In this document: piece after piece, positions 1 to 15,896 of the stretch | How the letters are laid out: each line of letters opens with the position of its first letter | How positions within the stretch are numbered: position 1 is the stretch's first letter | Program-made: the position numbers and the translations under genes | The notes under the pieces: generated by a model | Seen by the model: only the letters and a program-made list of their open reading frames with translations | The model's database searches: none | Told to the model about the DNA's origin: nothing | Assembly (NCBI RefSeq): GCF_964204865.1 | Contig: NC_135251.1 | Coordinates: 13,392,001 to 13,456,000, forward strand | Direction: 5' to 3' | Source: Styela clava | Taxonomy: Eukaryota | Length of the DNA: 64,000 nt

Positions 1-777
1 TATTTATTTCATGGTTCAAGTATGAAAATATTCTATGGTGGGACCATATCATTTTTGCGTTCGATATTGGTCATAAAACTTGTTGCATATTTTTAGTTTC
101 ACTTCCATCTCATCATACCGTGAAATATAAAATTAACATCATACGAATACGTCATACACTGTTAAATAAGCGAATAAGTTGATATTTGAATACAATCTAT
201 GATGGTTTTAATCTTATACATTCAAATTGATTGAACATAATAAAAGTTATGATCATTTACGGCGTCCTTAAAAGAGAAAGTCAAATATCGATCGTCGCTA
301 TTGAATTAAGAGAATAATATTTCATGCTTCTGTATCTATTACAATAACACGCATTGGAAATATAGATTTACATATTTACTGTGCTATAGTGCACTTTATT
401 GAAATATGGAAAAACAATAAATAACATGACAAGAAGATCGTGACTGTATTTCGTATTGAATTCAACTTTTTATGGTCTGGCGAATTCGATCCATTGTGAC
501 ATCAGCGTTCGATAAAACGTTGCACAAGACTCAAAGACCAATATGTTCAGGGCAATAAAATATTTAACAACAATTAGAGAAAGTAAAACCAAACGCGAAT
601 ATTATTATTATTAAGGATTAATAATAGGAATGATAAAATATGCGTTAATATACCAACAGTTTGACAATGGTAATATAATGTTATTGATTTGTCTTTCTAA
701 ATATTATATTGAAAACTACAACCAAATATTTAAATAAATTGTATCGTCAGCAAAGAAGTTTATTTAATCATTTAAAG

Positions 778-1743
778 CAGGCCTGCACAACTCAAATTAC
801 CACGAGGGCCTCAAGGATAAATCTGAAGGCCCGGCGGGCCGCAAACTTTGCCACATACATATTTCACAAGATGAACTTCAAATCAAAATAATATTGTGAA
901 ACAGTTAAATTTGATGAAACACTTTCATTACTGAAAAGCTTAAAAATATGAAGAATCTTATTTTCTTGAGTATTTAGTGGTTCATCTACCTTGAAAACCC
1001 ACCCTTCTTTCTCAATATTTTTTTTTTTATTAGAATTAGGTATTGCGTGTAGCAGTATAAACTGACTGCAGGAAAATATTTTACTCAGGTTCAGTTTTGT
1101 AAAATCGTCCCACATATAAGTATTCAGTCATATCTATCTATCTAGATATTTCCATTGCAGGCTGGACAAACAATCCGTTTAGTAGCGATAGATCTTCCTC
1201 TGTTGTACTTTTTCGACTGTTAAATTACATTTTTCTACAAAATCTGCTCCAAATTTTTGAAGTTTTACAGTAAATAGCAATATCTTTTGTGCGAGAATTT
1301 CTGCAGCATTCATAAATGAAAAAATTGTTTTTCAAGTTCTAAATTTGAAAAAGAAACTTCAGTTTCATAAACTAAAAAATAGTGGGGTTATTAATAGGTT
1401 GCTAATATGCACTAATGGGTGTGAGATTGTATACCGATATTGTTTTGAGCGTGATTCAGTTTGAATACCGAGATATCTAAATCAGGGTTTTCGAAACTCG
1501 GGGGCGAGAGGTCGAGCGACGAATTTCGGTCGCGAAGGTCGCGAAGGGCACACCAATTTTACACCAAGTTCGATATTTATTGAAACTGGTGCAAAACATA
1601 AATCTCACGATTTCTAATATGATCAGAGTAGCGGCGCGCTTGCATGAATAACAATGTAACAAAAAAAATAATAACAAAGATTTGTTTCCAAATCACCCGC
1701 GGGCCGCACAGAAGTATCTAGCGGGCCGCATGCGGCAGGCCTG
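778..1743. mobile_element. Non-autonomous hAT-like DNA element inserted in array unit 1
   Basis: Ends are CAGGCCTGC...GCAGGCCTG, with subterminal GCGGGCCGCA motifs at both ends. Flanks are near-duplicated (ATTTAAAG / ATTAAAG). The element is absent from the homologous site in the other units. Confidence 0.75.
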
Positions 1744-2600
1744 ATTAAAGACTTAAATTGAAACTCAGCATTTGGATACGCAACAACATTGATTCAAAAC
1801 AGCATATTTTCGTTTATATTTTTTGATAGCAATTTGTTGAAAGGTTCTTTTTGGTATGTCGTAAGTTTACATCACTCACAGTGAGATCAAAAATTAACAA
1901 AACTACATCGGCAAAAAATTGGTCGGTAGATGTCACCGTAGAGCAACATAGGAAATCTGATAATCGGATGATAATTCTTGACAAACACAAAAGATTTATT
2001 GGAAGCGATTGAATTGAAAAATTCGAACTATTAAAATTTAAAACTTCAGCCACACAATCTTTTTTTTATATTATATTAAGGAATTCCTAATTAATAGCTC
2101 ACAAAGCGACAGTCTTGAACGTTCGATTTACTTCAATGCCTTTAGTATTTATGTGTATATAGTGATGATTAAAAACAATCAAATCGATGAAATATGTACA
2201 AACTGGTAATTATAATGTTCAATTAATTAGAACCTTGCTCAGGCTCTTATGATTGGTTGGATGAATTATAATGATTTGAGTCAGAAGTGATGATACCATA
2301 CCACGTAATTCAATCTCAACATATTTTAGATTTGTACGCTACAAAACTATATTTATGAGTATGATGTTTAATTTCAAAACATTTAACGAAATGGATTATT
2401 TTGGACCTAGATATAATTTGACCAAAGATATTTTTAAATTCCATAATCTTGCTATGCAAGACATAATTGTCGTGTATTCTTGTGTTTTCTTACATGCATT
2501 ATCATTGGTTACAGACCAATAAAATCACAGAGACGTCTGCAAGGTGCAAGGTGACGCAGATGCAGTAACGTCAGATTAATCAAACCACGACATGGATGGA

Positions 2601-3010
2601 ACCTCGATCACTAAATGGATGAAAAGTCCCGCTGGGAAATTGAACAAGTTTTGTCGGACATGCATTTCCGTCTCGTTTCCACCAGTACCCATGTTTATCG
2701 TATTAAACACAATGAAAAATGTGTAAACTATCGCGATGACGATCCATGAGAACTGAAATATTTATTTGACCTGAAAAAAATGTCCAATATCAAGATGAAA
2801 ACTGAATGCTTTTTTGACCTGACATATTTCACCTCGATCACTAAATGGATGATAAAGTCATGCTGAGAAATTAAACAAGTGTTGTCGGGGATGCATTTCT
2901 GTTTCGTTTCCACCAGTGCCCATGTTTATGGCCTTTATACTCAATGTCTCTATCAAAAATGTAAACTATCGAGATGAGAGTACATGCGAACTGAAATGGA
3001 ATTTGTCCTG
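2601..3010. repeat. Local tandem duplication (~230 bp period) inside array unit 1
   Basis: ACCTCGATCACTAAATGGATGA...CCCATGTTTAT...GTAAACTATCG occurs at 2601 and 2831; it is single-copy in the other units. Confidence 0.9.
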
Positions 3011-6000
3011 GGAATTGTCATGCTAAATCGAACAGTTTAGGTATTTCACCAAATATCAAAAAATATTCCAAAATACATCTTGGCGACGTTTTGTCGATGC
3101 GCTTATTTTCTTGAACATTTCCTCGAACGTTCATTTTCGTTTGTCTTTGTTTGATTCCGATATATTATTCACAAAACAACGAGGCGCTAGAAATCCCCGC
3201 CTAATTAATTGTTCAATTCAATTAATTTGATGTATTCAACATTGATCCCATATTTACGTCTGTTAATTACTACATTCATTAATACATCAAGGTTCGCCCC
3301 TATTCCATACGATATTTCAAACGTTGAATTACGAATAATTAACATCTAAGATATTCCTCTACTATTCACATTATTTGATGTTTTGAATTAGCAAATTATT
3401 TTTTTCATCTTCACAACATGAATTTAAAATTTTTCTCTCGCGGCCTGGATGCGCAACACGTCATGAGCAGTATGATATAGAGATTACTTTATGGTTCATT
3501 TATCATTATCTTATGGTAGAATCATATTATTGTATGCGTTTGATATTGGCAATAAAACTTGTTGCATATTTTCCTTTCATTTCCTCTAACCGTGAAATAC
3601 ATACCTAAATTGCAAAATAAGAGAATGAGTTGATATTCGAGTGCAGTTGAATCCATACATGTATTAACATTAATACATTATATGTATCTGAGTTAATTGA
3701 ACAAAATAAAGATTATTCTTCTTCACGGCGTCAATTCGGAGAGATAGATTGATCGTCACCCTTGAATTAATAGGGGAATAATATCTCATGCACCTGTATA
3801 TCTTGCAAGAACACGGATTGAAAATCTATATTTAGCCTACATGTTCACTACGCTAGAGTGCATTTGTATAAAAATAAAGATATTCAAGAAAAACATGACA
3901 AGATCGTGACTGTAGTCCGTCTGAAATTCAACTTTTCATTGTCTGGCGAAGTTAATGCATTGTGAAATCAGCGTATGATGATACGTTGCACAAGACGCAA
4001 TGGCCAATATGCCCAACGTATTAAAATATTTAACAACGATTAGATTAAAACCAATCGTGAATATTATTATTATTACGGATTAAGGTGGAGAAAAGGCAAC
4101 TACAGGAATTACGAACATTTTGACAACTGTAATATGGTGTTATTGATTTGTCTTTCTAAATATTATATTTGAAACTGCAACCAAACTTCAAAATAAATTG
4201 GAGCTACACGCATCGTGATGAGCAACAACATTGATTCAAAACAGAATACTTGTTATGTATAAGCGCGTTGGATAAAATATGTTGAAACTTAATATAAATC
4301 TAGTCGTTAGGTGTCATCATAGGGCAACTTGTAAAAACTCAATTCGAACCCTGCCATGGAACGATATATTTGTATTCATAATAGAATGAAAACGAACGAA
4401 CACAAAATATATTAATATTTGAATTCAACAATTGAACGATTAAACTTCTGCATACACAATCTTTAATATATCATGTAAAGCTTGATCAATGAGACACAGA
4501 TCGCCAGACTTCCATTTAACGTTCCGTTTAATGTAGGGCCTTATAGTATTTTTTATTTATTTTACAAATAGTGATGAATACAAAAAAACAACGTGTAAAT
4601 ATTTAATCAAATCAATGAAATATGTGCCAGCTGGTAATTATAATGTTCAATTAATCCGAACCTTGCTCAGGCTCTAATGATTGGTTTGATGAATTATAAT
4701 GATTCGAGTCTGCTGATAAACCGCTCTTGATTCGAGTCTGATAGTCGTTAGAAGCATATTACATATTAGATCCGTGCTTCATGATTATGATGTTCAATCG
4801 AAACGCAAACATAAAACATTCAACGAAACATAGTATTTCAATAAACAAACGGAAGGCAAAAATATTAATTTCCGACCTGGGAATAGCTTGGCTTAGGATT
4901 TTTCAACATCCCATATTCTTGTTATAGCAGGACATACTTGTCGTGAATTTTTCTTACATGCAATGTCATTGGTTACAAACAAATAAACATCAATGAGACG
5001 TCTGAAAAGGGACGCAGATGCAGCAAAGTCAAATTCATTAGACCACGACATGCATTGAACCTCGATCACTAAATGGATAAAAAGTCCCGCTGAGAAATTA
5101 CACAACTTTGTCGGACATGCATTTCCGTCTCGTTTCCACCAGTGCCCATGTTTATGGTATTATTTTCTATCAAAAATGTAAAATATCGAGATGAGGGTCC
5201 ATGATAATTTAAATGCTTATTTGACCTGTGTAAAATACCATTCCACATTGAATAGTTTTCAGATTTCAGCAAATATTCAGAAAGATTCTTAATTGACACC
5301 TTGGCAAGGTTTTGTCGATGTGCTTATTTTCTTGAACATTTTCCTCGAACGATCATTTACGTTCGTCTTTGTTTGATTCCGACCCATTACTGTATTCACA
5401 AAACAACAAGGCGCTAGAAATCTCCGCTTAAATGATCCATTCAATTAATTTGATGTATTTAACATTGACCCCATATTTAAGTCAGTTAATTACTACATTC
5501 ATTAATAAATCCCTTACTACGAAATTTATGCACACGTTAGTTTATGGGAAGACGTGATCGCGTTGCCTTGTACTTTCTTACTAAGAATTTCTATCTTAGT
5601 CCTCAGTCAGTTTGAATAGTTGATGGTCAACTCGAAAGTGATTTCTTGATTATAGATGAATTTACCAATTTTGGATTACATTGTGAAAACCAAAGCAATT
5701 GTAATTTAAATTATATACACGTTCTTATCACCACCATGCGATATATATTTATAATCACATTGATAAATTAGAATCATGTTTCCAACTTATCATATCACAT
5801 ATATATATATATATATCAGTAATTTAATTACATTTTATCTAATTTAAAAGTAAATTGTGGAGAGGCTAGTAGCTGATTTCAAGCAATGATCATGCTGTAT
5901 ACATGATTACCAATTATTTTTGAAGTCTAGGACTTCTAATGCATGTGTACACAACGGACGATGCTTATTTCGAGAGGACAAAATTGCGACTTCCTTACAG

Positions 6001-7337
6001 ATGCTTGCACCTGCGGTTACAGGAAGGTGTGGCAAACTTAGCAATATCTATCTGCTTGCCAATTTTTTCATTATTGCGCTGGGAAAGGTTTGAAATTTTA
6101 TGCGAAAATTTTTTTTTATATATATTTTAAAATAAGCCTTAATTAACAATTCCACAAATGTATTTATTTGCCTTTCTTCTATTTATAAATTTTGTTCTGT
6201 TCTTTTTGTAGTCGTGGGTTGAAGCATCTGTTAGTTAGTTAATTATCTTTACATATGAACGAATCAAATAATACTAAGCTTCTGTGAACCCGTAAATCGT
6301 TGATAGAGATGATGTGTCTGGTTTTACAAACAAACAAAGTATTCAGGTAAACAAAAACAAAATGTGTTATCGTACCATTTGTGGATTTGTAGATTATAAC
6401 ATATGCAAGGTACTCTGAGTAATTATTTTTCTCTGAATAAAATATACAAAGCATTAAACGTCAAGATGTTAAAACATTTACTTGGGGTATCAAAACATTT
6501 TGTCATCAATTAGAAAAAGTAAAACCAAACGTGAATGATATTATTGTTGTGGATTAACGTAAGAAATAGAATCTGCAAATCTAAAACATATGCACAATGA
6601 TACTTTCAATAATAAATGAAAATATAATCGTGGTTATGGGTATTTGATGATGTTATTAGCGATCATCCAATGCCCGCCACTATTCTATATTGTATATATC
6701 ATGCAACGCCGAATTTTGATTTATAAATATTTACCAATTATTAGTTTACCATAAATATTCTTTGATGTTGTCAATTGGCAAATTATGTGATTTATCTTCA
6801 CAACATGAATATGACATCTGCCTCTCGTGGCCTGAATGCGCAACACGGCATGAACAATATGACATTGAGATCACTTTATAGTTTAAGTATCGTTTTGGTT
6901 GAACCATATTAATTTATGTGTTTGATATTGGCAATAAAACTCGTTGCATATTTTCAGTTTGACTTTCATCTAATCTAACCTTGAAATACAGAATAAACAT
7001 CATGCGAATACATCATACATTGTAAATAAAATGGATAACTGAATATTATCGATGCTTGTATCAACGTAATAATTAAGTATATGGAACAAAATAAAATTGG
7101 AATTATTTGAAGCGTAATTAAAAGGGAAGCCCATAACTCAAGCTTCTGTATCTCTTACAATAATTGAATTACGGATTGAATATCGTTATTTACGTGTTTA
7201 CTATGCTAGAGCGCATATTATTAATTAAATATGGAAAACCAAAAAATAACATGACAAGATCGTGACTGTATTTCGTCTTGAATTCAACTTTTCATGGTCT
7301 GGCGAATTTAATGCATTGTGACATCAGCGTTCGATAA

Positions 7338-7553
7338 AACTGTGCACAAGCCGTAACAGCCAATATGCTCAAGGTATTAAAACATTTAACAGCGATTAAA
7401 GAAAGTAAAACCCAACGTGAATATTATTATTCTTACTGATTAAAAGGCGAAGAAATCGCAGTTACAGAAATCACAAAATATGCGCTATTATACCAACATT
7501 TTGTCATTGGTAATATGGTGTTATTGATTTGTTTTTCTAAATATTGGATTTAA
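7338..7553 (+). pseudogene. Decayed death-domain-like coding remnant (representative plus-strand module of the array)
   Basis: One frame reads NCAQAVTANMLKVLKHLTAIKESKTQREYYYSY*LKGEEIAVTEITKYALLYQHFVIGNMVLL. The homologous unit-2 copy reads YYGLRWRK. The spacing resembles death-fold helices; family assigned by eye. Confidence 0.45.
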
Positions 7554-10500
7554 AACTGCAACCAAGCATTCAAATTAATCACTTAGATGTTGGATCTACA
7601 CCAATTGTGTTTATATATAAACAATATACTATAGGTATTCCATGCAAGTTATAAAAAGGACGCAAGAAAATTTAGCATCGTGATGAGCAACAACATTGAT
7701 TCAAAAGAAAATACTTGTTATGTAAAAGCGTATTTTATTGGATAAAACATATTGAAACGTGATAGAAATCTAGTCGTTAGATGTCATCATAGAGCAACTT
7801 GTAAAATCGAAATTTGGAGCTAACACAAAACTCTGCCCTGACACGATATATTTCGTCGAAGGTTATTTATTAATAATGAAATAAACAATTTTAATGAACG
7901 TGAAATATCGTTCGATTTAATTTTAGCCTAATAGCTTTTCATATATAATGATTGATAAAAACAACAACGCGTAATAATTATATTAAATCAATGAAATATG
8001 TTCAAGCTGGTTTTTATAATGTTCAATTAATCCGAACCTTGCTTAGGCTCTAATGATTGGTTCGATGAATTATAATATGTCGAGTTTCAACTACGGATGC
8101 AATTGAAGCGCAACACATTTTAGATTCGCGCTTCTGCCGCTTTCTATAACTATATTTTTATAACGTTAAATTTTAAAATATTTAACGAAATGTAGTATTT
8201 GAATAAAAACCGAAGAAAGTAATAAAATTAATTTCAGCCATGAAATTGGCCTATGATTTCTCATCATCTTGCAATGTCATTGGTTACAGACGAATAAACA
8301 TCACTTAGACGTCTGCAAGGTGGCGCAGATGAAACAAAGTCAACTTCATCAGACCACGACATGTATTCTCGATCACTAAATGGATGAAAAGTCCCGCTGA
8401 GAAACTAAACAAGTTTTGTCGGGGATGCATTTCCGTCTCCGTCTCGAAAAACACATTGCCACACATTGAACAGTTTTCAGATTTCACCAAATATTCTAAA
8501 TTGACACCTTGGCAAAGTTTTGTCAATGTGCTTATTTTCTTGAATATTTTCCTCGAACGTTCATTTTCGTTCGTCTTTGTTTAATTCCGACCTATTATTC
8601 ACAGAACAAAAAAGCGCTAAAAATCCCCGCTTAAATGTTCCATTTAATTAACTTGATGTATTTAACATGGACCTCATATTTAAGTCTGTTAATTACTACA
8701 TCTACTAATACATCCCTTACTACGACATTGATGCACATGTTAGTTCATGAGAAGGCGTACTGGCGTTGCCTTGTACTTCGGAGACTTTATTTTTCAGTGC
8801 TAAGTAAGTCTGAATAGTTGCTAGTCACCTCGAAAGTAATTTCTTGTAAAAATATAGATGAATTTTCCCAATTTTGGATTACATTGTGAAAAACAAAGCA
8901 ATAGCCGTAGAAGATTATATACACGTTCTTGGCACTTATCACTTGGTACTTACTTATCTTATCACTTCTTACAATATATTTATAATCACATTGATAAAAT
9001 AAAACGTCGTTATCAACTTATCATATTACATAACATTGATCTGATTAGTTTTCATCTAAATTAAAAGTAAATTTTGAATAGATACTAGCTGAATTTCACG
9101 TAATCAGTACTCTGCACTATTACAAATTATTTTTGAAGTATAGGACTTCTAATTTAGTTGAAGATACCCCAACACAGATAACACAAATAAACTATCACAA
9201 AATTTGTAACTATGAATTTTTATCCATCCACCAACTCAAACTTCGATTCGAAAATATCACGTGTTTATTATTTTGGGAAAGCTTTTTATTTCTAGTAATT
9301 GATATTCATTTATTCCTCCATTAATTACAAATATTTAATCTTGATTTTTGAAATTAGTCTAAGTTATACAAATACATAATTGTTTATATATATACATATA
9401 CTATTTTACGTTTCGATAAACGTAAATTATATTCTGATTTTTTTATGGAACGGATTTGCCATTAGAGCCTGAGCTAACCTAGTGTGTATCGAGTCTTCCC
9501 ACGTTGCACCTGTATGTGTACACAGCGGACAATGCTTATTTCGCGCGAACAAAATTGCGACTTCCTTACAGATTCTTGCACCTGCAGTTACAGGAAGGTG
9601 TGGCAAACTTAGCAATATCTATCCGCTTGCCAATTTTACAATATTGCGCCGGGCAGATTTGAAATTTCATGTTTGTTATGTTAAAAGTTTTAGTCGCGAT
9701 TTAGATTTACTGATGCACAATTTCAAAATAAGCCTAGATATATCACAAAATTATTCATTTTGCCTTTCTTCAATGTGTTTCTTCAATCTTGTTGTAGTCG
9801 TGGGTTGGAGCACCTGTCAGGTACCTAATTATATTTATATATGAAAACAAAATAATAATAGCCTTCTGTGAACCCGTAAATCGTTGATATGTTCTGTATC
9901 ACAAACAAGTATTCAGGTAAAGAAAATCAAAATGTTATCGTTATCGTGTCATTTGTGCATGTGTGGATCATTACATGTGTACGGTAATCTGACTCTCATC
10001 AAGTAATTATTTTACCCAAAGAAAATATACAAAGCATTAGACGTCAAGATGTTCAATGCAATAAAACATTTGTCATAGAATAAAAAAAAGTAAAAAACCA
10101 AATGTGAATGTTATTATTGTAATGGGTTAATAACGTAAGAAATAGAAGCTGTAAATCTGAAACATATGCGCAATGATACGAATATTATTAAATGAAAATT
10201 TACTTGCGGTTATGGTCCTTTGAAGATGTAATTAGCGATCAGCCTATGCCCGCCAATATTCTATATTATATATAATATATATCCACGTTGAATTTGGATT
10301 TATAAACAATTACCAAACTATTCGTTCAACATAAATATTCTCTGATGTTTTGAATTGGCAAATTATGTTTTTATCTTCACAGCATGACTTTAAAATATTT
10401 CTCTCGTGGTCTGGATGCGCAACACGGCATAAGCAATATGACATTGATATTACTTTATGATCCAAGTATTAATATCTTATGGTAGAACCATATTAATTTA

Positions 10501-13500
10501 GGCGTTTGATATTGGCAATACAACTTGTTGCATATTTTTCGTTTCACTCTCATCTACTCTAACCATGAAATACACAATTACCTTAGTGCGGATACGTCAT
10601 AGCCTACATTGTGAAATAAAAGAATATGTTGATATTTGAGTATAGTTGATGTTTGTATTAACGTTATATATTTGTGTTAATTGAAAAACTGAAAATAATA
10701 AGTCCTCAACATGTCATTCGAAGAGATTCAAAAATATAAAGTTAGAGATTGATCATCATCATTGAATTGAAGGAATAATGATATCTCTTGTTCTGACACC
10801 TATCACAACAACACATATCTAAATCTTTTAAATACGAGATGATAAAAGTTTTTAATTTGTATCAGGAAGTTGATTTACAGAATAATAAATAAGCTGTGGT
10901 TTGATGCAACTTTTCATCCAATCGTCATTAAAAAAAATTCGGGTCGAATTTTGTAAACGTAATTTATGGAAAATTCTTCTCAACCTAAGAAAGAAAACAA
11001 AGCAGTTGTAAATTTAAGATCATTGCGTATAATATTTCATTGAGTTGAATTAACACGACAAGATTTCGTGTTTGCTTAAAATTCGTCTTGAATTCAATAT
11101 TTTCTGTTCTGGCGAAGTCAACGCATTGTGACATCAGCGTTCGATAAAACGGTGCACAAGACGTAAAGGCCAATATGCTCAAGGTATTAAAACATTTGGA
11201 CAACGATCATAGAAAGTAAAACTAAACGTGAATATTAATATTATTACGGATTAAGGTGAGGAAATCGCAGCTACAGGAATCACAAAATACGCGCTACTAT
11301 ACCAACATTTTGACAATGGTAATATTATATATGGTGTTATTGAATTATCTTTCTTAATGTTGTATTCAAAACTGCAACCAAATATTCATTTAAATCATCT
11401 TAGACATTGGATCTGCAGCAAAGAAGTTTGGATATAAACATTGTAACATAGATGTTCTTTAAAAAATTTAAATAAACTCAAAAAACCTAGCATCTTGATA
11501 CGCAACAACATTGATTTAAAACGGAATGACTGTAATCTATAAGTTTTGATTGAAAACCATGTTGGAACATAATAAAAAATTAGTCGTTAGGTGTCATCAT
11601 AGAGCAACTTGAACAATATCAATTAGAAGCCAACCTAAAACTTTGCCATAGAACGATATACAATTCGCCTACGGTTATTTATTGGTAATTCAATAAAAAC
11701 GAACGAACACAAAATATGTTAATAATTCAATTCAACAATTGGGCGATTTACCTTCTATATACACAATCTTTTATATATCATATAATTCCAAATTAATAGG
11801 TCACAGAGCGCCAGACTTGAACGTTCGATTTAATTTTCATTCATGTGTATATAGTGATGATTAATAAAAAAACAACGTGTAATTATTAGATCAAATCAAT
11901 GAAATATGTACAAGCTGGTAATTATAATGTTCAATTAATCCGAACCTTGCTCAGGCTCTAATGATTGGTTCGATGAATTGATTCGAGTCCGAAGTGCTGA
12001 TATCACGTATTTGAAGTCCAACATGTTTTAGATTTGTGCTCCACAAAACTATATTTCAGATTATGGTGATCAATTTCAAAACAAACGGTATGGAATATTT
12101 TTTATAAAAAAATGAAAATACCAATAAAGTTATTCTGGACTTTTTCAAAATTCCATAATCTTGCTATAGCAAAACATAACTGCCGTGTCTCCTTAGATGC
12201 AGTATCATTGTTTGCAGACGAATAAACATCACTGAGACGTCTGCAAGGTGACGCAGATGCAGCAACGTTAAATTCATCAGACCACGACATGTATTTCACC
12301 TCGATCACTAAATGGATGAAAAAGTCCTGCTGAGAAATTAAACAAGTTTTGCCGGACATGCATTTCCGTCTCGTTTCCCTCCGTGCCCATGTTTATGGTA
12401 TTATAGTCTATCACAAACATCAAATATCTAGATGGGAATCTACAAGAACTGAAATGCTAATTTGACCCGAAAAGACCATGCCTAGTTGAACAGTTTATGG
12501 ATTTCACCAAATACGTAGAATTATTCTAAATCGACTCCTTGGTAAGGTTTTGTCGATGTGCTTATTTTCTTGAACATTATCCTCGAACGTTCATTTTCGT
12601 TCGTCTTTGTTTGATTCCGATCTATTATTCACAAAACAACGAGGCGCTAAAAATCCCCGACTAAATGTTCCATTCAATTAATTTGATGTATTCAACATTG
12701 ATCCAATATTTAATCCAGTTAATTACTACATCTACTAATACATTCCTTACTACGAAATTGATGCACATGTTAGTTCATGAGAAGGCGTAATCGTGTTGCC
12801 TTCTTCTTCGGAGACTTTATTTTTCAGTGCTAAATAAGTCTGAATAGCTGCTGGTCACCTCGAAAGTGATTTTTGTAAAAGAAATATGAATAAATTTTCA
12901 CAATTTTGGATTACATTGTGAAAAACAAAGCAATAGCCATATAAAATTATATACACGTTCTTGGCACTTATCACTTGGTACTTACCTATCTTATCACTTC
13001 TTACGATATATATATTTGTAATCACATTGATTAAATGGAATGGCGTTATCAACTTTTCATATCACATATCATGATTTGCTTAGTTTTTATCTAAATTTAA
13101 AATAAATTGTGAATAGATACTAGCTGAATTTCAAACAATCAGAATGCTCGATGTACGATTGGAAATTATTTTTGAAGTATAGGACTTCTAATTTAGTTGA
13201 AGATACCCCAACAAAGATAACACAAATTAACTATCACAAAATTTGTAACTATGAATTTTTATCCATCCACCAACTCAAACTTCGATTCGAAAATATTACG
13301 TGTTTATTATTTTGGGAAGTTTTTTTTATTTCTAGTAATTGATATTCATTTATTCCTCCATTAATTACAAATATTTTAATTTTGATTTTTGAAATTATTT
13401 AAAGGTATACAAATACATACTTGTTTATATATATATATATATATACTATTTTTCGTCCCAATAAACGTAAATTAGATTCTGATTTTTCATGGAACGGATT

Positions 13501-15786
13501 TGCCATTAGAGCCTGAGCTAACCTAGTGTGAATCGAGTCTACCCACGTTGCACCTGTATGTGTACACAACGGACGATGCTTATTTCGCGCGGACAAAATT
13601 GCGACTTCCTTACAGATTCTTGCACCTGCAGTTACAGGAAGGTGTGGCAAACTTAGCAATATCTATCCGCTTGCCAATTTTACAATATCGCGCCGGGCAG
13701 ATTTGAAATTTCATGTTTGTTATGTTAAAAGTTTTAGTCTCGATTTAGATTTACTGATGCACAATTTCAAAATAAGCCTAGACATATCCCAAAATTATTC
13801 ATTTTGCCTTTCTTCAATGTGTTTCTTCAATCTTGTTGTAGTCGTGGGTTGGAGCACCTGTCAGGTACCTAATTATATTTATATATGAAAATAAAATAAT
13901 AATAGCCTTCTGTGAACCCGTAAATCGTTGTTATGTTCTGTATCACAAACAAGTATTCAGGTAAAGAAAATCAAAATGTTATCGTTATCGTGTCATTTGT
14001 GGATGTATGGATTATCACATGTGTACGGTAATCTGACTCTCATCAAGTAATTATTTTTCCCAAAGAAAATATACAAAACATTAAACGTCAAGATGTTCAA
14101 TGCAATAAAACATTTGTCATAGAATAAAAAAAAGTAAAAAAACCAAATGTGAATGTTATTATTGTAATGGGTTAATAACGTAAGAAATAGAAGCTGCAAA
14201 TCTAAAACATATGAGCAATGATACAAATATTATTAAATGAAAATTTACTTGTGATTATGGTCCTTTGAAGATGTAATTAGCGATCAGCCTATGCCCACCA
14301 CTATTCTATATTATATATAATATATATCCACGTTGAATTTGGATTTATAAACAATTACCAAACTATTCGTTCAACATAAATATTCTTCGATGTTTTGAAT
14401 TGGCAAATTATGTTTTTATCTTCACAGCATGCCTTTAAAATATTTCTTTCGTGGTCTGGATGCGCAACACGGCATAAGCAAAATGACATTGATATTACTT
14501 TATGATCCAAGTATTAATATCTTATGGTAGAACCATATTAAGTTAGGCGTTTGATATTGGCAATAAAACTTGTTGCATATTTTTCGTTTCACTCTCATCT
14601 ACTCTAACCATGAAATACACAATTACCTTAGTGCGGATACGTCATAGCCTACATTGTGAAATAAGAGAATATGTTGATATTTGAGTATAGTTGATGTTTG
14701 TATTAACGTTATATATTTGTGTTAATTGAAAAACTGAAAATAATAAGTCCTCAACATGTCATTCAAAGAGATTCAAAAATATAACGTTAGAGATTGATCA
14801 TCATCATTGAATTGAAGGAATAATGATATCTCTTGTTCTGACACCTTTCACAATAACACAGATCTAAATCTTTTAAATACGAGATGTTATAAGTTTTCAT
14901 TTGTATCAGGAAGTTAATTTACAGAATAATAAATAAGCTGTGGTTTGATGCAACTTTTCATCCAATCGTCATTAAAAAAAATTCGGGTCGAATTTATGAA
15001 CGTAATTTATGGAAAATTCTTCTCAACCTAAGAAAGAAAACAAAGCAGTTGTAAATTCAAGATCATTGCGTATAATATTTCATTGAGTTGAATTAACACG
15101 ACAAGATTTCGTGTTTGCTTGAAATTCGTCTTGAATTAAATTTTTCATGTTTTGGCGAAGTCAACGCATTGTGACATCGGCGTTCGATAAAACGTTGCAC
15201 AAGACGTAAAGGCCAATCCAAGGTATTAAAACATTTAACAACGATCAGAGAAAGTAAAACCAAACGTGAATATTATTATTATTACGGATTAAGGTGAAGA
15301 AATCGCAGCTACAGGAATCACAAAATACGCGCTACTATACCAACATTTTGACAATGGTAATATATATGGTGCTATTGATTTATCTTTCTTAATGTTGTAT
15401 TTAAAACTGCAACCAAATATTCAATTAAACCATCTTAGACATTGGATCTGTAGCAAAGAAGTTTGGATATAAACATTGTGACATAGGTATTCTTTGAAAG
15501 ATTTGAATAGGCTGAAAAAACTTAGCATCCCGATACGCAACAACATTGAATTAAAACAGAATGATTGTTATCTATGAGTTTTGATTGGTAAACCATGTTG
15601 AAACATAATATAAAATTAGTCGTTAGGTGTCATTATAGAGCAACTTGAATAATATCAAATAGAAGCCAACCTAAAACTCTGCCATGAAACGAAATTCAAT
15701 ATCACCTACGATTATTCATTGGTAATACAATGAAAACGAACGAACACAAAAATATTAATATAACGCCATAGAACGATATTCAATTC

Positions 15787-15896
15787 GTACCTCCTGAAGT
15801 ATGCGCACCAAGATGGCGCACAAACTGCACTCAGATTGTGTACTAGTTTAGGGTTCAGGTTATGCGACATCTTGGTGCGCATATTTCAGGAGTACC
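15787..15896. mobile_element. 110-bp palindromic MITE with 8-bp target-site duplication
   Basis: TIRs of about 33 bp (GTACCTCCTGAAGTATGCGCACCAAGATGGCGCA / TGCGACATCTTGGTGCGCATATTTCAGGAGTACC). Perfect TSD TTCAATTC at 15779-15786 and 15897-15904. Absent from sister units. Confidence 0.9.

Noticed and set aside
714-735. Array motif T(A/G)CAACCAAATA resembles the reverse complement of an ascidian spliced leader as I recall it, suggesting an SL RNA gene array
   Set aside because: Only ~12 nt match, there is no donor at the expected position, and no Sm site follows.
9868-9895. AACCCGTA resembles the start of miR-99/100
   Set aside because: The rest of the mature sequence does not match and no pre-miRNA hairpin is evident.
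11890-11970. Conserved block as a C/D snoRNA (AATCA...TGATT ends, 9-nt match to 18S GAGCCTGAG)
   Set aside because: Both boxes are non-canonical, the guide is too short, and the block is explained by homology to an inverted module.
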